In this document: positions 42,274-52,073 of the stretch, in pieces | Position numbering within the stretch: the first letter of the stretch is position 1 | How the letters are laid out: every line of letters begins with the position of its first letter | IMG/VR virus record: IMGVR_UViG_3300034072_000926 | Coordinates: 1-64,000 of that record | Length of the DNA stretch: 64,000 bases | Reading direction: 5' to 3' (one strand) | Made by a program: the position numbers and the translations under genes | The notes under the pieces: model-generated | The model's input: only the letters and a program-made list of their open reading frames with translations | Told to the model about the DNA's origin: nothing | Databases searched by the model: none

Positions 42274-42748
42274 AAGACCGGAATGAACGAACTTGTGAGC
42301 GAATGTATGACTTGCAGTAGGCATGAAAGCCACACCTTTATCCCCCGCTACAATAGATAGACATTAAAAATCTATATTGTAGTGAGGGAATCAGTGTCTT
42401 GCAGTTAGAGGCTGTCAGAGCACACCTTGAAACTGACACCATGTAAGCATGGCACCGGGGTCACGTTGTCGGTCTTAGGTCAGGAATCCTGGAATAGTGG
42501 CGGCGTCCTACCAGTCACATTTCAAGTTGCAATTGGTAGGCAGAAAGGTGGTCGGAGTGGACCAGAGCTTTCATCCTTGGGCTACTTGCGTTGTTTATAC
42601 TGGCGCCAGACGTAACCTTTTCAACTCTTTGCAGAGGAGGCCGCCACCCATGGGATGGTTCCTCACCATCCCTGATCTTCCAGTTTGCGCCTAGCCGCTA
42701 CCATTCCGTCTTCTTCCGGACAAGGTTGAGATAACACTAGGTTGTCGT
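42274..42748 (-). ncRNA. large pseudoknotted structured RNA, class unknown
   Basis: Closing helix AAGACGGAAUG/CAUUCC(G)GUCUU; long-range GGAUGAAAGC/GCUUUCAU(G)CC; crossing GUGGCGGC/GCCGCCAC; G-U wobbles favour minus strand; TAAATA upstream. Confidence 0.65.
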
Positions 42749-42810
42749 GTGCCTATTTAAAGGCTTGTCATTTTGGATAACGTACCGGACAACCCAGAGT
42801 CAATTACTCT

Positions 42811-43563
42811 TTACTTGTTGTTTGTATAGGGGGCCACTTTCCGAGCAAAGTCGGCGAAGTTTTTCATCTCCTTGACATTGAACGGGAGACGATAGATAGC
42901 GAGGGCTGCTCGTATCCCCATCACCGCTAGTTCGATATCAAGCGTTCCGAGCCACGTTATGAATCGGTCGCCCTGCTCATAAAAGATGATATTCGGCTTG
43001 CCGTATTTCTCGAGCGTTGCTTTGAGACCCTCGCACACTTCCTTGATAACACGACAGTTCTCTTCAAAGGTGTCCGCAGGACCCCGTGCTTGCCCGCTCA
43101 GAACAAGATCACCTGTTAGCTGTCCGCTGTCGAGATCAAGGTCAAGTTCTTCTATGAGGGCTTCTACATGCTCCTCATAGGTTGTGCCATCGAGGTAGAC
43201 AGTTGGCCAATGATAAGCCGTTATGTCCTTTGCAAAATGGACCGTGTATCCAGCTTTACCGCTGAAGATTCGTTCCTCGAGATGTGCGAGACGAACAGTA
43301 GTCTTATCATCGGCAAGCACTTCAAAGCCGCAATAGCGACGCAAATACTGCCACGCATAGACTTGCATGTCGAGATGCAGGCCGCCGATCCACAGAGCGA
43401 GGTTGTTGATACCGTCCTTGATGGCTTCGGGATTGCGTTTCCCATCAAGGTCATAGAAAATAATTGAGGCTTGGTGAATCAGTTCCATCTGAAAATCAGG
43501 ATGGAACGTCTCTTCTGGCCATTTGCCATCAAGAATCTGTTGGGCTATCTCTCGATTAGTCAT
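42811..43563 (-). CDS. hypothetical protein
   Basis: 250 aa, AGGAGG RBS. Confidence 0.8.
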   Translation of the reverse strand: MTNREIAQQILDGKWPEETFHPDFQMELIHQASIIFYDLDGKRNPEAIKDGINNLALWIGGLHLDMQVYAWQYLRRYCGFEVLADDKTTVRLAHLEERIFSGKAGYTVHFAKDITAYHWPTVYLDGTTYEEHVEALIEELDLDLDSGQLTGDLVLSGQARGPADTFEENCRVIKEVCEGLKATLEKYGKPNIIFYEQGDRFITWLGTLDIELAVMGIRAALAIYRLPFNVKEMKNFADFARKVAPYTNNK

Positions 43564-43568
43564 AAGAA

Positions 43569-43615
43569 ACCTCCTGTGCTACCTTTGCTTGTAACACAGG
43601 AGGTCTGTTTGTCAA
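43569..43615 (-). promoter_or_regulatory. promoter with inverted repeat pairing spacer with the RBS
   Basis: TTGACA...TACAAG; ACCTCCTGTG-N16-CACAGGAGGT. Confidence 0.75.
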
Positions 43616-43818
43616 CCCATTGTAGTGAATTCCATGCCGTGCCTTGTGCCGACATATGGGCGTCGCACATCAGTGCGATGCATATTCAATACAATATCAG
43701 TTCCCTTCAGTGCGACCCGAAGGCTCTTGTCTGATTTTCGGAGAATGTCTGCTTCTATCGTTTTGCCCGTATCAGTCGAGCTTACTGAGCAGGTCTCCGA
43801 ACATTGCTGTCGTGTCAT
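43612..43818 (-). CDS. hypothetical protein
   Basis: 68 aa ORF coupled to upstream gene. Confidence 0.6.
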   Translation of the reverse strand: MTRQQCSETCSVSSTDTGKTIEADILRKSDKSLRVALKGTDIVLNMHRTDVRRPYVGTRHGMEFTTMG

Positions 43819-44155
43819 CTTCGTTCACCGGTTCCGTATAACCGAGAGTCATACGAAGCATGTCCATGAACACGCTGCGATCCGACTTCTCACCCATCGA
43901 CCGATCTAACATGCCTTGCACCACGTATGCAAGAATTTGGTAATCACTCTTGACCTGATCGCAGCCAAAATTGATTCCATTCGCCGCGAGCATCGTATGC
44001 ATCTGCTGATGGATGCTGACCTGTGGATTGGAAACCTTACGGAAGTCGTTCAGACGAACTACCTTGTCCTCAGTGTTTCCATCGTTTGAGTTAGCAACCT
44101 CTCCTTTGTTGTCGTCGCTGTTCATGATGCGACTTTCCAAACGAATAACATTCAT
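43772..44155 (-). CDS. hypothetical protein
   Basis: 127 aa ORF. Confidence 0.7.
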   Translation of the reverse strand: MNVIRLESRIMNSDDNKGEVANSNDGNTEDKVVRLNDFRKVSNPQVSIHQQMHTMLAANGINFGCDQVKSDYQILAYVVQGMLDRSMGEKSDRSVFMDMLRMTLGYTEPVNEDDTTAMFGDLLSKLD

Positions 44156-44406
44156 AAGACACGCGGTCCCCCTTCACGCATTTCGACACGGATTTTGCTG
44201 GAGCGACCCGGCTTAAACCCACAGCGCCAACACCCTCTCAAAAGCGTCTTTGCTGTAAAGGGTAAGCTATGTGTTCACACCTTACACGTCAAGCGGAATA
44301 TGTAGCAGTAGTGTTGCAAAACCGTTGAATTTCTGCAACACAGTCTAATAAACCATTGATAGAACAATGGAATATTTTCAAACAACCGTTAATTATTTTG
44401 AACAAA

Positions 44407-44446
44407 AAGGGTTAACAGGGTCCTTTAGAAACACCTGTTAACCCTT
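44407..44446. terminator. 13-bp perfect inverted repeat downstream of infC
   Basis: AAGGGTTAACAGG-N14-CCTGTTAACCCTT with T-tract on minus side. Confidence 0.6.
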
Positions 44447-44499
44447 GGGGTTGTATGAAACTATAGATTCCTTGCCCGAGCAAGTAAATCTTAGTTAAT

Positions 44500-45030
44500 T
44501 TACGTAGTTTTCTTTGCCGCCGGCGCAACAATCGCAAAGAGCTGTCGCTCACTGCGGGCAACCGGGCGCTCAAACTTGAAATCTGTGAGGAATCCCAAGA
44601 AATCATTCATCACGCTGGCACCAACATCCAAGTGCGTGATTTCACGGCCCTTGAACTTGATGATGATCTTGACCTTGTCGCCTTCATCCAGGAAACCCTG
44701 TGCGCGCTTGGCCTTGACCTTGAGGTCATTCATGTCTGTGGTAGGGCGAAGCTGAATCTCTTTCAGTTCAACCCTCGACTCCCTGGACTTCTTGGCAGCT
44801 TCCTTTGCACGACGACTCTCGTCATACTTGAACTTGCCATAATCCAGGATTTTGCAGACTGGCATACCGTTAGCCATATTGATAGCTACGAGATCCAGGC
44901 CTACCTGACGGGCCCGGTTTCGAGCGTCGATCAGTGAAACTACACCAATCTGCTCACCAGTGTCAGCAATGAGACGTACTTCTTTTGCGCGGATCTGATC
45001 ATTCACCGCATACTTAAAATTCACAGACAA
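44500..45030 (-). CDS. infC: translation initiation factor IF-3
   Basis: NDQIRAKEVRLI...GLDLV...PVCKILDYGKFKY...KEIQLRP. Confidence 0.95.
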   Translation of the reverse strand: MSVNFKYAVNDQIRAKEVRLIADTGEQIGVVSLIDARNRARQVGLDLVAINMANGMPVCKILDYGKFKYDESRRAKEAAKKSRESRVELKEIQLRPTTDMNDLKVKAKRAQGFLDEGDKVKIIIKFKGREITHLDVGASVMNDFLGFLTDFKFERPVARSERQLFAIVAPAAKKTT

Positions 45031-45087
45031 TCTTTCCCTTTCATGTAATAAGTGGACACTACATTGTGTCCACTCACTAAGTCAACA

Positions 45088-46338
45088 TCAAGCTACTTTT
45101 GGGTTCTCGAAAACCACAACAGGCTCTGCTGTTCCTTCAATGACATCCTTCGTTACTCGGATGGTAACTGCGCCTTGATCCTTCAGATCAGGTAGGTCAT
45201 ATTGGACCTGGATGAGACGCTTCTCAATAACGCTCCTCAGACCACGCGCACCAGTCTTACGGGTAATAGCGTCGACCGCGACAGCCTTGAGTGCTTCGTC
45301 GTCAAATTCAAGCGAGATGTTCTCAAGCTGGAACATCTTAGAGAACTGCTTCACAAGTGCATTCTTTGGTTCAGTGAGAACACGAACCAACTGCTCCTGG
45401 TCTAGCTCTTCCAAGCTAGTGATAACCGGAAGACGACCCACTAGCTCTGGAATCAAACCGAACTTCTGAAGATCTTCTGGCTCTACGCTATTAAGCAATT
45501 TGCTTGAGACCTTGCTGTTGTCTCCCTTAACGGAAGCACCAAAGCCGATGCTACCCTTGCCCTTGTTCATACGCTTGCCGATGATTTCATCCAAGCCCAC
45601 GAATGCACCGCCAACAATGAACAGGATGTTCTTCGTATTCACTACGGCCATCTCTGCATTTGGATGCTTACGGTTACCCTGTAGGGGCACACGAACTTCA
45701 CTACCCTCGATAATCTTCAGCAAAGCTTGCTGAACACCCTCGCCTGACACGTCGCGGCTAATGGACGCGCTATCACCCCTACGGGCTTTCTTATCTACTT
45801 CGTCGAGGTAGATAATACCACGCTCGGCCTTCGCCACATCATTATCGCATACCTGGAGCAAGCGAGAGATGATGGTCTCAACGTCATCACCCACATAACC
45901 AGCCTCAGTCAGCGAAGTCGCGTCAGCAATTGTGAATGGAACGTCGAGCAACTTCGCGATGCTCTTGGCCATGAGGGTCTTACCAGAACCGGTTGGGCCG
46001 AGCAGAAGGATGTTGGACTTTTCAAGCTCAACATCGTCAACCACAGGATTGGCTAGACGCTTGTAGTGATTATGAACCGCAACTGCCATGACCATCTTGG
46101 CATCATTTTGACCAATCACATACTGGTCAAGAAACTCTCGGATTTGACGAGGGCTAGGAATCTCACCATCTTTGAGAGACATCTTGGTCTCTGCATTAGT
46201 GTCTTCCTTGAGGATGTCAGCACAAAGCTGGACACAGTCATTGCAGATAAAAACATCAGGTCCAGCAATCAGCTTCTGGACATGTTCTTGCTTCTTTCCG
46301 CAGAAGCTGCACGTTAGGGACTTTTTGTTCTCGCTCAT
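45088..46338 (-). CDS. clpX: ATP-dependent Clp protease ATP-binding subunit ClpX
   Basis: CSFCGK zinc finger, GPTGSGKT, IGF loop, RDVSGEGVQQALLK, TGARGLR. Confidence 0.97.
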   Translation of the reverse strand: MSENKKSLTCSFCGKKQEHVQKLIAGPDVFICNDCVQLCADILKEDTNAETKMSLKDGEIPSPRQIREFLDQYVIGQNDAKMVMAVAVHNHYKRLANPVVDDVELEKSNILLLGPTGSGKTLMAKSIAKLLDVPFTIADATSLTEAGYVGDDVETIISRLLQVCDNDVAKAERGIIYLDEVDKKARRGDSASISRDVSGEGVQQALLKIIEGSEVRVPLQGNRKHPNAEMAVVNTKNILFIVGGAFVGLDEIIGKRMNKGKGSIGFGASVKGDNSKVSSKLLNSVEPEDLQKFGLIPELVGRLPVITSLEELDQEQLVRVLTEPKNALVKQFSKMFQLENISLEFDDEALKAVAVDAITRKTGARGLRSVIEKRLIQVQYDLPDLKDQGAVTIRVTKDVIEGTAEPVVVFENPKVA

Positions 46339-46404
46339 ACCGACCTCGAGTATTCAGGTTTACCTGATATTTAGTTTTGTCGATCAAGGGCACTCGAGGG
46401 TAAA

Positions 46405-46448
46405 TCCGGAGGACACCTTATTGTATGTCCTCCGGAACTAGATTGCAT
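46405..46448 (-). promoter_or_regulatory. promoter with -10 in loop of 11-bp inverted repeat
   Basis: ATGCAA-17-TACAAT; TCCGGAGGACA-N10-TGTCCTCCGGA. Confidence 0.7.
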
Positions 46449-47803
46449 TATAAACCTGGTCGAACCTGTCGCATACTTTCTACGACCTGCACAATGTCGT
46501 TGACAATATCTGGATTCATCTCCAGTAACTCGATGATTAGATCCTTCGGAGTCCTTGGATCATCCTCAAGAGCCTGTGGTTCAACCTGTTCTGGCTTCCA
46601 GGCATTGATAGCGTTCTGCTGAACAGTTAACTGATCTTCCCACTGTTTTAGTAGCTCGCGCTCATCGTTCAAGCGAGCTTCCATAAGGAGCAATTCCTTA
46701 TGGGCATTCTCGAGAACATCCTGGTCGATTGCTAAAATAGCACGGGCTTCGTCGAGTTCACTCTGATCTTTAGCTGATGCTTTCAATTGAGCAATCTCAG
46801 CCGTCAATGCTTCAACATCGAAATCGTCTTTCTCAACTGATTCCTCTTCGAGTTTAAGCTTCGTGTAAATTGGCTTGTAGTCTTCATCCAATTCAAGGAG
46901 TTGACCATCTATTGGCTTAATAGTCACAGGTGCTTCTTCAACAGACCCGGTATGAGGATAGTTGATCTTATTGAGATCCATTTCATCTTCCTTGATCTGT
47001 TCAAGAATCTCCTGAACTGGAACCAAGGGTTCTGGAATCACAACTGCCTCGACCTTAACAGCTTTGGCCTTATCCTCTTTACGCTTCTGAAGTGAGATGC
47101 TACCCATGATGAACATCGCAATAGCAAGAGGATCGAACGCAGCCATGATGAGCGAGATAATGATCCTGATTGCCTTCTGAGGATCCATGCCCAGAGCTTC
47201 GGCGATGAACTTTGCAACACCGAGTTCTCCCTCAACATCACCGGTCTTCATCTTCAGAGGCACGAGCTTCTGAGTGATATCGTTGATTGTTGAGTTGTTA
47301 GCGTCAATGGTCTTCTGAATCTCAGCAGCTTCTTTTTTCGATTGGTTCGAAGCACGGAGACCCGCACGAGCATTGCCTTCTAGGACTTTATCGGTGATCT
47401 TGCTGATCTGTCCCAAACGGGATTCAAGACGGACGTTCTCGTCTTGCTTCTGTTTCAGTTGGGTCTCGAGTTGAGCAACCTGAATACCAAGGCCAGCTAG
47501 TGGCGCCTGTTGTTCAAGATGACCCTTACTCAGATAGCCATACACGCCGAGGCTTGTGATGGCCATAAGACATGCAACAAAGAAACAGAGTAGGCCGCGG
47601 AAATACCAAGGAGCCGCAGGGTTTCTCCAGTTGGCGTGAATCCACTTGGCGGTCACAATCTTGCCGACCTCAAGTGATGCGCCCATGATGACCACACCCC
47701 AGAAGGTAGCCGCAAAGATGCTGCCTAGACCTACTAGGGAGAAGTATGCCGCTACAGCAGAGATTGCAGCCGCGACGAAAAAGATGAGAATGATGAATGC
47801 CAT
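46448..47803 (-). CDS. membrane protein with coiled coils
   Basis: N-terminal TM helices, long coiled coil, FDPLAIAM segment. Confidence 0.8.
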   Translation of the reverse strand: MAFIILIFFVAAAISAVAAYFSLVGLGSIFAATFWGVVIMGASLEVGKIVTAKWIHANWRNPAAPWYFRGLLCFFVACLMAITSLGVYGYLSKGHLEQQAPLAGLGIQVAQLETQLKQKQDENVRLESRLGQISKITDKVLEGNARAGLRASNQSKKEAAEIQKTIDANNSTINDITQKLVPLKMKTGDVEGELGVAKFIAEALGMDPQKAIRIIISLIMAAFDPLAIAMFIMGSISLQKRKEDKAKAVKVEAVVIPEPLVPVQEILEQIKEDEMDLNKINYPHTGSVEEAPVTIKPIDGQLLELDEDYKPIYTKLKLEEESVEKDDFDVEALTAEIAQLKASAKDQSELDEARAILAIDQDVLENAHKELLLMEARLNDERELLKQWEDQLTVQQNAINAWKPEQVEPQALEDDPRTPKDLIIELLEMNPDIVNDIVQVVESMRQVRPGL

Positions 47804-47884
47804 ATGTTGCCTCTAGGGTTCTAATCGGATATACAGACTGCCAAAGCAGACAGTCTACTTATCTCTAACTAGAACCCCGAGGTT

Positions 47885-48307
47885 TTAGGCGAACAAAGCC
47901 TTGAGCTTCTGCCAGAACGACAGCTTAGGCTGTGGGGTAAGATCCGTCAGACCATTATAGCGATCCAGGAACTTCCACGAGATGTTCTTAGCACCGAAAG
48001 CCTTGAGAGCCTCAAATGCCATGTTGGGGTCGAGATCGCTACAGGTGTAGATATCGAACTCGATGAAGGGCTGATCACATTCGTCCCACGTATGAAGAAT
48101 CATATGAGACGTTGTGATATAGACCCCGGCCGTCATGCCACGGTTACCAACTTGTTCGCAATATTCCGCAGAAGCCTCTTTCAAGACTTCCATGTCCATT
48201 GCGTGGACGATGTCGGTGAGCCACTGTTCGACGAAACGTTCGTCCTTCTTCAGCGGCGGATTGTCCACATGAGCGTGGACGATAAGGTGCTTGTGAAGCT
48301 TAGCCAT
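47885..48307 (-). CDS. S-adenosylmethionine decarboxylase-like proenzyme
   Basis: HKHLI...GMTA..YITTSH..LHTWDE...FDIYTC. Confidence 0.8.
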   Translation of the reverse strand: MAKLHKHLIVHAHVDNPPLKKDERFVEQWLTDIVHAMDMEVLKEASAEYCEQVGNRGMTAGVYITTSHMILHTWDECDQPFIEFDIYTCSDLDPNMAFEALKAFGAKNISWKFLDRYNGLTDLTPQPKLSFWQKLKALFA

Positions 48308-48392
48308 ATCAACTCCTAATCAAAGATCGCGCTTTGCGAATAGCGTGTCTCAGGAAGATTAGGAGATCCGCTTCTTCCTTCGTTTCACCTGG

Positions 48393-48806
48393 TCAGAAAA
48401 ACTTTGCCGTAGCGGTGATATTTATCGGATTAGGCAATTTAGCCCAACCACCCCGCAGCAGGTCGTTGGAATTGACGGGCTTGAAACCCGCCTCGCGATC
48501 CAGCGACCAAGTGCAATGATATGTTTGACCATCCGGACGGACAGTCGATCCATCGACTTCTACGACTAAGCACTCAATACCTGCATCATTGCAGGCATAT
48601 CCCACTACACGGAAGGTATCAGCTTCTGGCAGAGGTTGATCGGACTTCGCACCACGCTTGAAGGTAATGTGATGTCCGATAAACTCAGGAAACTTCGGAG
48701 GGAACGTCTGAGCCAACTGCGATCGACTCGACGCGTCCAATGCGAAGGCCATATAACCTCCCTTTGGCTTGCCGATGACCTCACTTGCTTTCAATGTTTC
48801 CTCCAA
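48393..48806 (-). CDS. 2H phosphoesterase
   Basis: Two HxT motifs (GHHITF, YHCTW); start may be TTG at 48794. Confidence 0.75.
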   Translation of the reverse strand: MEETLKASEVIGKPKGGYMAFALDASSRSQLAQTFPPKFPEFIGHHITFKRGAKSDQPLPEADTFRVVGYACNDAGIECLVVEVDGSTVRPDGQTYHCTWSLDREAGFKPVNSNDLLRGGWAKLPNPINITATAKFF

Positions 48807-48946
48807 AGCTGAGCTGCTCTTATGTGTATTTTCTCCTGCTCTGTCAATATCGTTTTACCAATCCGATAAATTAACCTGTATCCAATGTGAAAATTGACAC
48901 TTTGGGTTCCTAAAACATATTGTCAAACAAAGAACAAGGGTTAACC

Positions 48947-50818
48947 ATGTCCAACAACATTAAGAAACTAACAGATTACCAACACGCTCGCTTGAGGACA
49001 GAGATGTATCTGGGTTCGAGGTCACTCCATACTCAGAACGTCCTGCAATTCGTAGATGGCAAGCCACAGCCTGTTGAGACATCTTGGGTGCCTGCATTAT
49101 ATACAGCATTCCGTGAAGTTCTCGACAACGCACTCGATGAAGTAGTGGGTCACGGCCACGGCAGTCGCATTGATGTCACATATGATCCTAAGACTCGCGA
49201 GGTCAGTGTTCAGGACGATGGTCGTGGTATCCCTATCGCTTATGATGAATCGCATAAGTGTCACCTCGCAACGCTGGTTATGACTGAAGCTCGTGCTGGT
49301 CGTAACTTTGAAGAGCGCGGCGAAGTCGCGGGAACTAACGGTATCGGTGCATCGGTTGTGAACTTCTGCTCCGAATTTTTCCGTCTTGACATCCATAAGG
49401 ATGGCGAAAGGTTCCAGCAGGAATTCACACAGGGTAATGCAGTCTTTGGTGACGAACTACAGGTCGGAAAGCCGAAGATTGTAAAGAAGCAGAATAAGAA
49501 CGGAACAAAGATCACGTTCAAGCTGAGCGATGAAGTCTTCCCTGACTTGACTCTCCCTGAGGAGTTCATTCGTTCGCGCGTAACTGAGGTTGCAATCTGC
49601 AATCCATTGATCAAGATCTTCTACAATGGAGAACAGGTCAAGGTCAAGCCGCGACCTGAACAGAGCCTCTTCCCTGGCTTGAAGCCAATGGCCCTAGAAG
49701 TGAAGGAAGATACCTTCCGTAGCCGCTTCTGGATTGTGCCCAATTGGGTCAAGGACGGCGAGCATGTTCATACGATTGTTAACAATATTCCTGCCTTTAA
49801 CGGCGGTGTTCACATTGATATTTTCCGTCGTCTCTTTTATGGCAACCTGATCACGGCTCTAGAGAAGGAAAGCAAGCGTCGCAAGCTGACTCCTAACCGC
49901 TCAGATGTTACTGAAGGTGTTCTGATCTACAACATCACGAACATGAGGGCTCCGAACTTCGATAGTCAGTCCAAGACACGACTGATCAATGAAGAAGTTG
50001 GTAAGATCATCAAAAGCCAGCTAGAAGATCCTGAACTCTACAAGGAGTTCATTAAGAAGAACCGAGAGTGGATTGAGGAAATCTACAAGCGTTGTGCAGA
50101 ACGCACAATGAAGAAAGACCTCGGTGATCTCGCGAAGGCTGCAAAGAAGAATCTCCGCACCAAGGTTCCTGGACTGATGGATGCTATTGCGACTGATCGC
50201 ACATCTTGCATTCTCTTCCTCGCAGAAGGTGACTCGGCAATTTCGGGTATGAGCTCTGTTCGTAATCCTGAAATCCATGGTGGTCTTGCGCTTTCGGGTA
50301 AGGTGCTCAACGTCAATGGCGAAATGCCTAAGAAGGTCGTCGAGAACAAGGCTCTCGGTGAGATCATGAGCAGCATTGGTTTGGTCGTTGGACAGAAGGC
50401 CCATCGCGGTGCTCTGCGCTATGGCCAGGTATATGTCGCACATGACATGGATCCCGACGGTCTAAACATCGGTGCGCTTCTGATCAACTTCTTCCACACT
50501 TACTGGCCTGAGTTGTTTGCTGATCCAAAGAACCCGTTTGTTCATATCTTCCGCACCCCGTTCATCATTGCTGAAAAGGGTAAAGCTCGCAAATACTGGT
50601 ATGCTCATAACTACCAGGACTTCAAGCCAGAAGATTACAGCGGTTGGTCGATCACCCGTGCAAAGGGTCTCGGAACTCTCACCCGTGCCGATTGGGAATA
50701 CTCTCTGAAGAACCCAGAAGTCTACCCAATTGTGGATGATGGCAAGATGGGTGAGACTTTGGACCTGATCTTCAACGGCAAGCGTTCGGACGATCGCAAG
50801 ACCTGGATTGGCCTATAA
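48947..50818 (+). CDS. type II DNA topoisomerase ATPase/TOPRIM subunit (T4 gp39+60-like)
   Basis: EVLDNALDE, DDGRGIP, GTNGIG, AEGDSA, D.DPDG. Confidence 0.95.
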   Translation: MSNNIKKLTDYQHARLRTEMYLGSRSLHTQNVLQFVDGKPQPVETSWVPALYTAFREVLDNALDEVVGHGHGSRIDVTYDPKTREVSVQDDGRGIPIAYDESHKCHLATLVMTEARAGRNFEERGEVAGTNGIGASVVNFCSEFFRLDIHKDGERFQQEFTQGNAVFGDELQVGKPKIVKKQNKNGTKITFKLSDEVFPDLTLPEEFIRSRVTEVAICNPLIKIFYNGEQVKVKPRPEQSLFPGLKPMALEVKEDTFRSRFWIVPNWVKDGEHVHTIVNNIPAFNGGVHIDIFRRLFYGNLITALEKESKRRKLTPNRSDVTEGVLIYNITNMRAPNFDSQSKTRLINEEVGKIIKSQLEDPELYKEFIKKNREWIEEIYKRCAERTMKKDLGDLAKAAKKNLRTKVPGLMDAIATDRTSCILFLAEGDSAISGMSSVRNPEIHGGLALSGKVLNVNGEMPKKVVENKALGEIMSSIGLVVGQKAHRGALRYGQVYVAHDMDPDGLNIGALLINFFHTYWPELFADPKNPFVHIFRTPFIIAEKGKARKYWYAHNYQDFKPEDYSGWSITRAKGLGTLTRADWEYSLKNPEVYPIVDDGKMGETLDLIFNGKRSDDRKTWIGL

Positions 50819-51150
50819 TGACAGATAACTCTCAGATTAGTCCAGATACTTTCTGGAAAGACGAAGAGGGCATCGAGGAACATTACTGTAATGTCTATGT
50901 GGCAATTGACAAGGTCAAGAGCTCGACCGTTTGGTATGAAGACCTCGACGATAACGTCATCGAATGGCTGAATACAAACGCCGGCAATCGGAGAGCCCAC
51001 GGTCTTGAATGGTATCAGAATCTCGAGTTAGACCGATATGATTGGTCGGTTCGAGGCACTGTCAGGTATAAGGGACAGAGCTGTATCCAGATCTTGATCA
51101 AGGATAAGCGAGCTGCAATGATGTTCAAGCTGTCATGGGGCGGTTTGTGA
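50818..51150 (+). CDS. FKLxWGG-family small protein
   Basis: Ends AAMMFKLSWGGL. Confidence 0.8.
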   Translation: MTDNSQISPDTFWKDEEGIEEHYCNVYVAIDKVKSSTVWYEDLDDNVIEWLNTNAGNRRAHGLEWYQNLELDRYDWSVRGTVRYKGQSCIQILIKDKRAAMMFKLSWGGL

Positions 51151-51398
51151 ACGTTCAGTGTCGTAACTTCATAAAGAGTAACGATGGTAACAAATTTCTC
51201 GGGTGTGTCACAACTGATGCACCCGAGACGTTCAAGCTTTGGCTCGCAATGGCTTGTCCTACAAGCCAGCAAGTTCTTATATTTGAACGCAATGATGGAG
51301 CCATACGAGAAGAGGGCGGCTATCGTTGGAGGCTCAATATCGTCCTGAATGATCGGAAAGAAGCCCTTATGTTCAAGCTTCGTTGGTATGGCGCATGA
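51147..51398 (+). CDS. FKLxWGG-family small protein
   Basis: Ends EALMFKLRWYGA; GTG overlaps upstream TGA. Confidence 0.75.
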   Translation: MNVQCRNFIKSNDGNKFLGCVTTDAPETFKLWLAMACPTSQQVLIFERNDGAIREEGGYRWRLNIVLNDRKEALMFKLRWYGA

Positions 51399-51667
51399 GC
51401 TTCTCTAACTGGTATGCTGTCTGGTATGAGCCAGAACCCGATGACATTATGGCCTACATCTCTATGGAGAAAATTGCCGTCATAGGCGGTGCCGAAAACA
51501 ATGGAACCTATGAGGCTTTCCAGATCAATCAGGGTAATGCCATCCTGTCTAAGTGGTGTAGAGTAAATTGCAAATCGCCGGGCAAACCTGTAAATGTGCG
51601 TGGTGAACCTGCGTGGGCCTTTAAGGACGCCCAAGATGCTTTGCTGTTCAAACTAACTTGGGGTTAA
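51395..51667 (+). CDS. FKLxWGG-family small protein
   Basis: Ends DALLFKLTWG; ATGA overlap. Confidence 0.8.
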   Translation: MSFSNWYAVWYEPEPDDIMAYISMEKIAVIGGAENNGTYEAFQINQGNAILSKWCRVNCKSPGKPVNVRGEPAWAFKDAQDALLFKLTWG

Positions 51668-51668
51668 G

Positions 51669-52073
51669 ATGTACCACGGCAACAAACAATTCGACCTAGA
51701 GACAACAGCTAAATTCTGGCTACTTCAGATTCGTGGCATTCGTATCAGCTATTATGGCAAGGAAGGCTATTCTGCGATCGATTGGTGTACGGCAAATGTA
51801 AAGGGTCATTGGGGTTGGAACCATGAACCTGAACTGATCAAAAATAGTGATATCGTTAAGAACATTGACTATCATTTCACTGGCATCTGGCCCAAGGCCG
51901 AAGAAGATGATGAAACCAGAATGATGAACGCTATGGCTCGTCAATTACAGCAAGACATAGATGATGAAATTTTAGAGAAACTCGGGGTAAAGAGGATTCG
52001 TCCCTCAGGTTATTTCTGGTTCGATAACAATGACGACGCAATGCTGTTCAAGCTGACCTGGGGTGGTGAATGA
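51669..52073 (+). CDS. FKLxWGG-family small protein
   Basis: Ends DAMLFKLTWGGE. Confidence 0.8.
   Translation: MYHGNKQFDLETTAKFWLLQIRGIRISYYGKEGYSAIDWCTANVKGHWGWNHEPELIKNSDIVKNIDYHFTGIWPKAEEDDETRMMNAMARQLQQDIDDEILEKLGVKRIRPSGYFWFDNNDDAMLFKLTWGGE

Noticed and set aside
42274-42748. Group I or group II intron
   Set aside because: No P7 GACUA/UAGUC or domain V signature seen, and no interrupted host gene flanks it.
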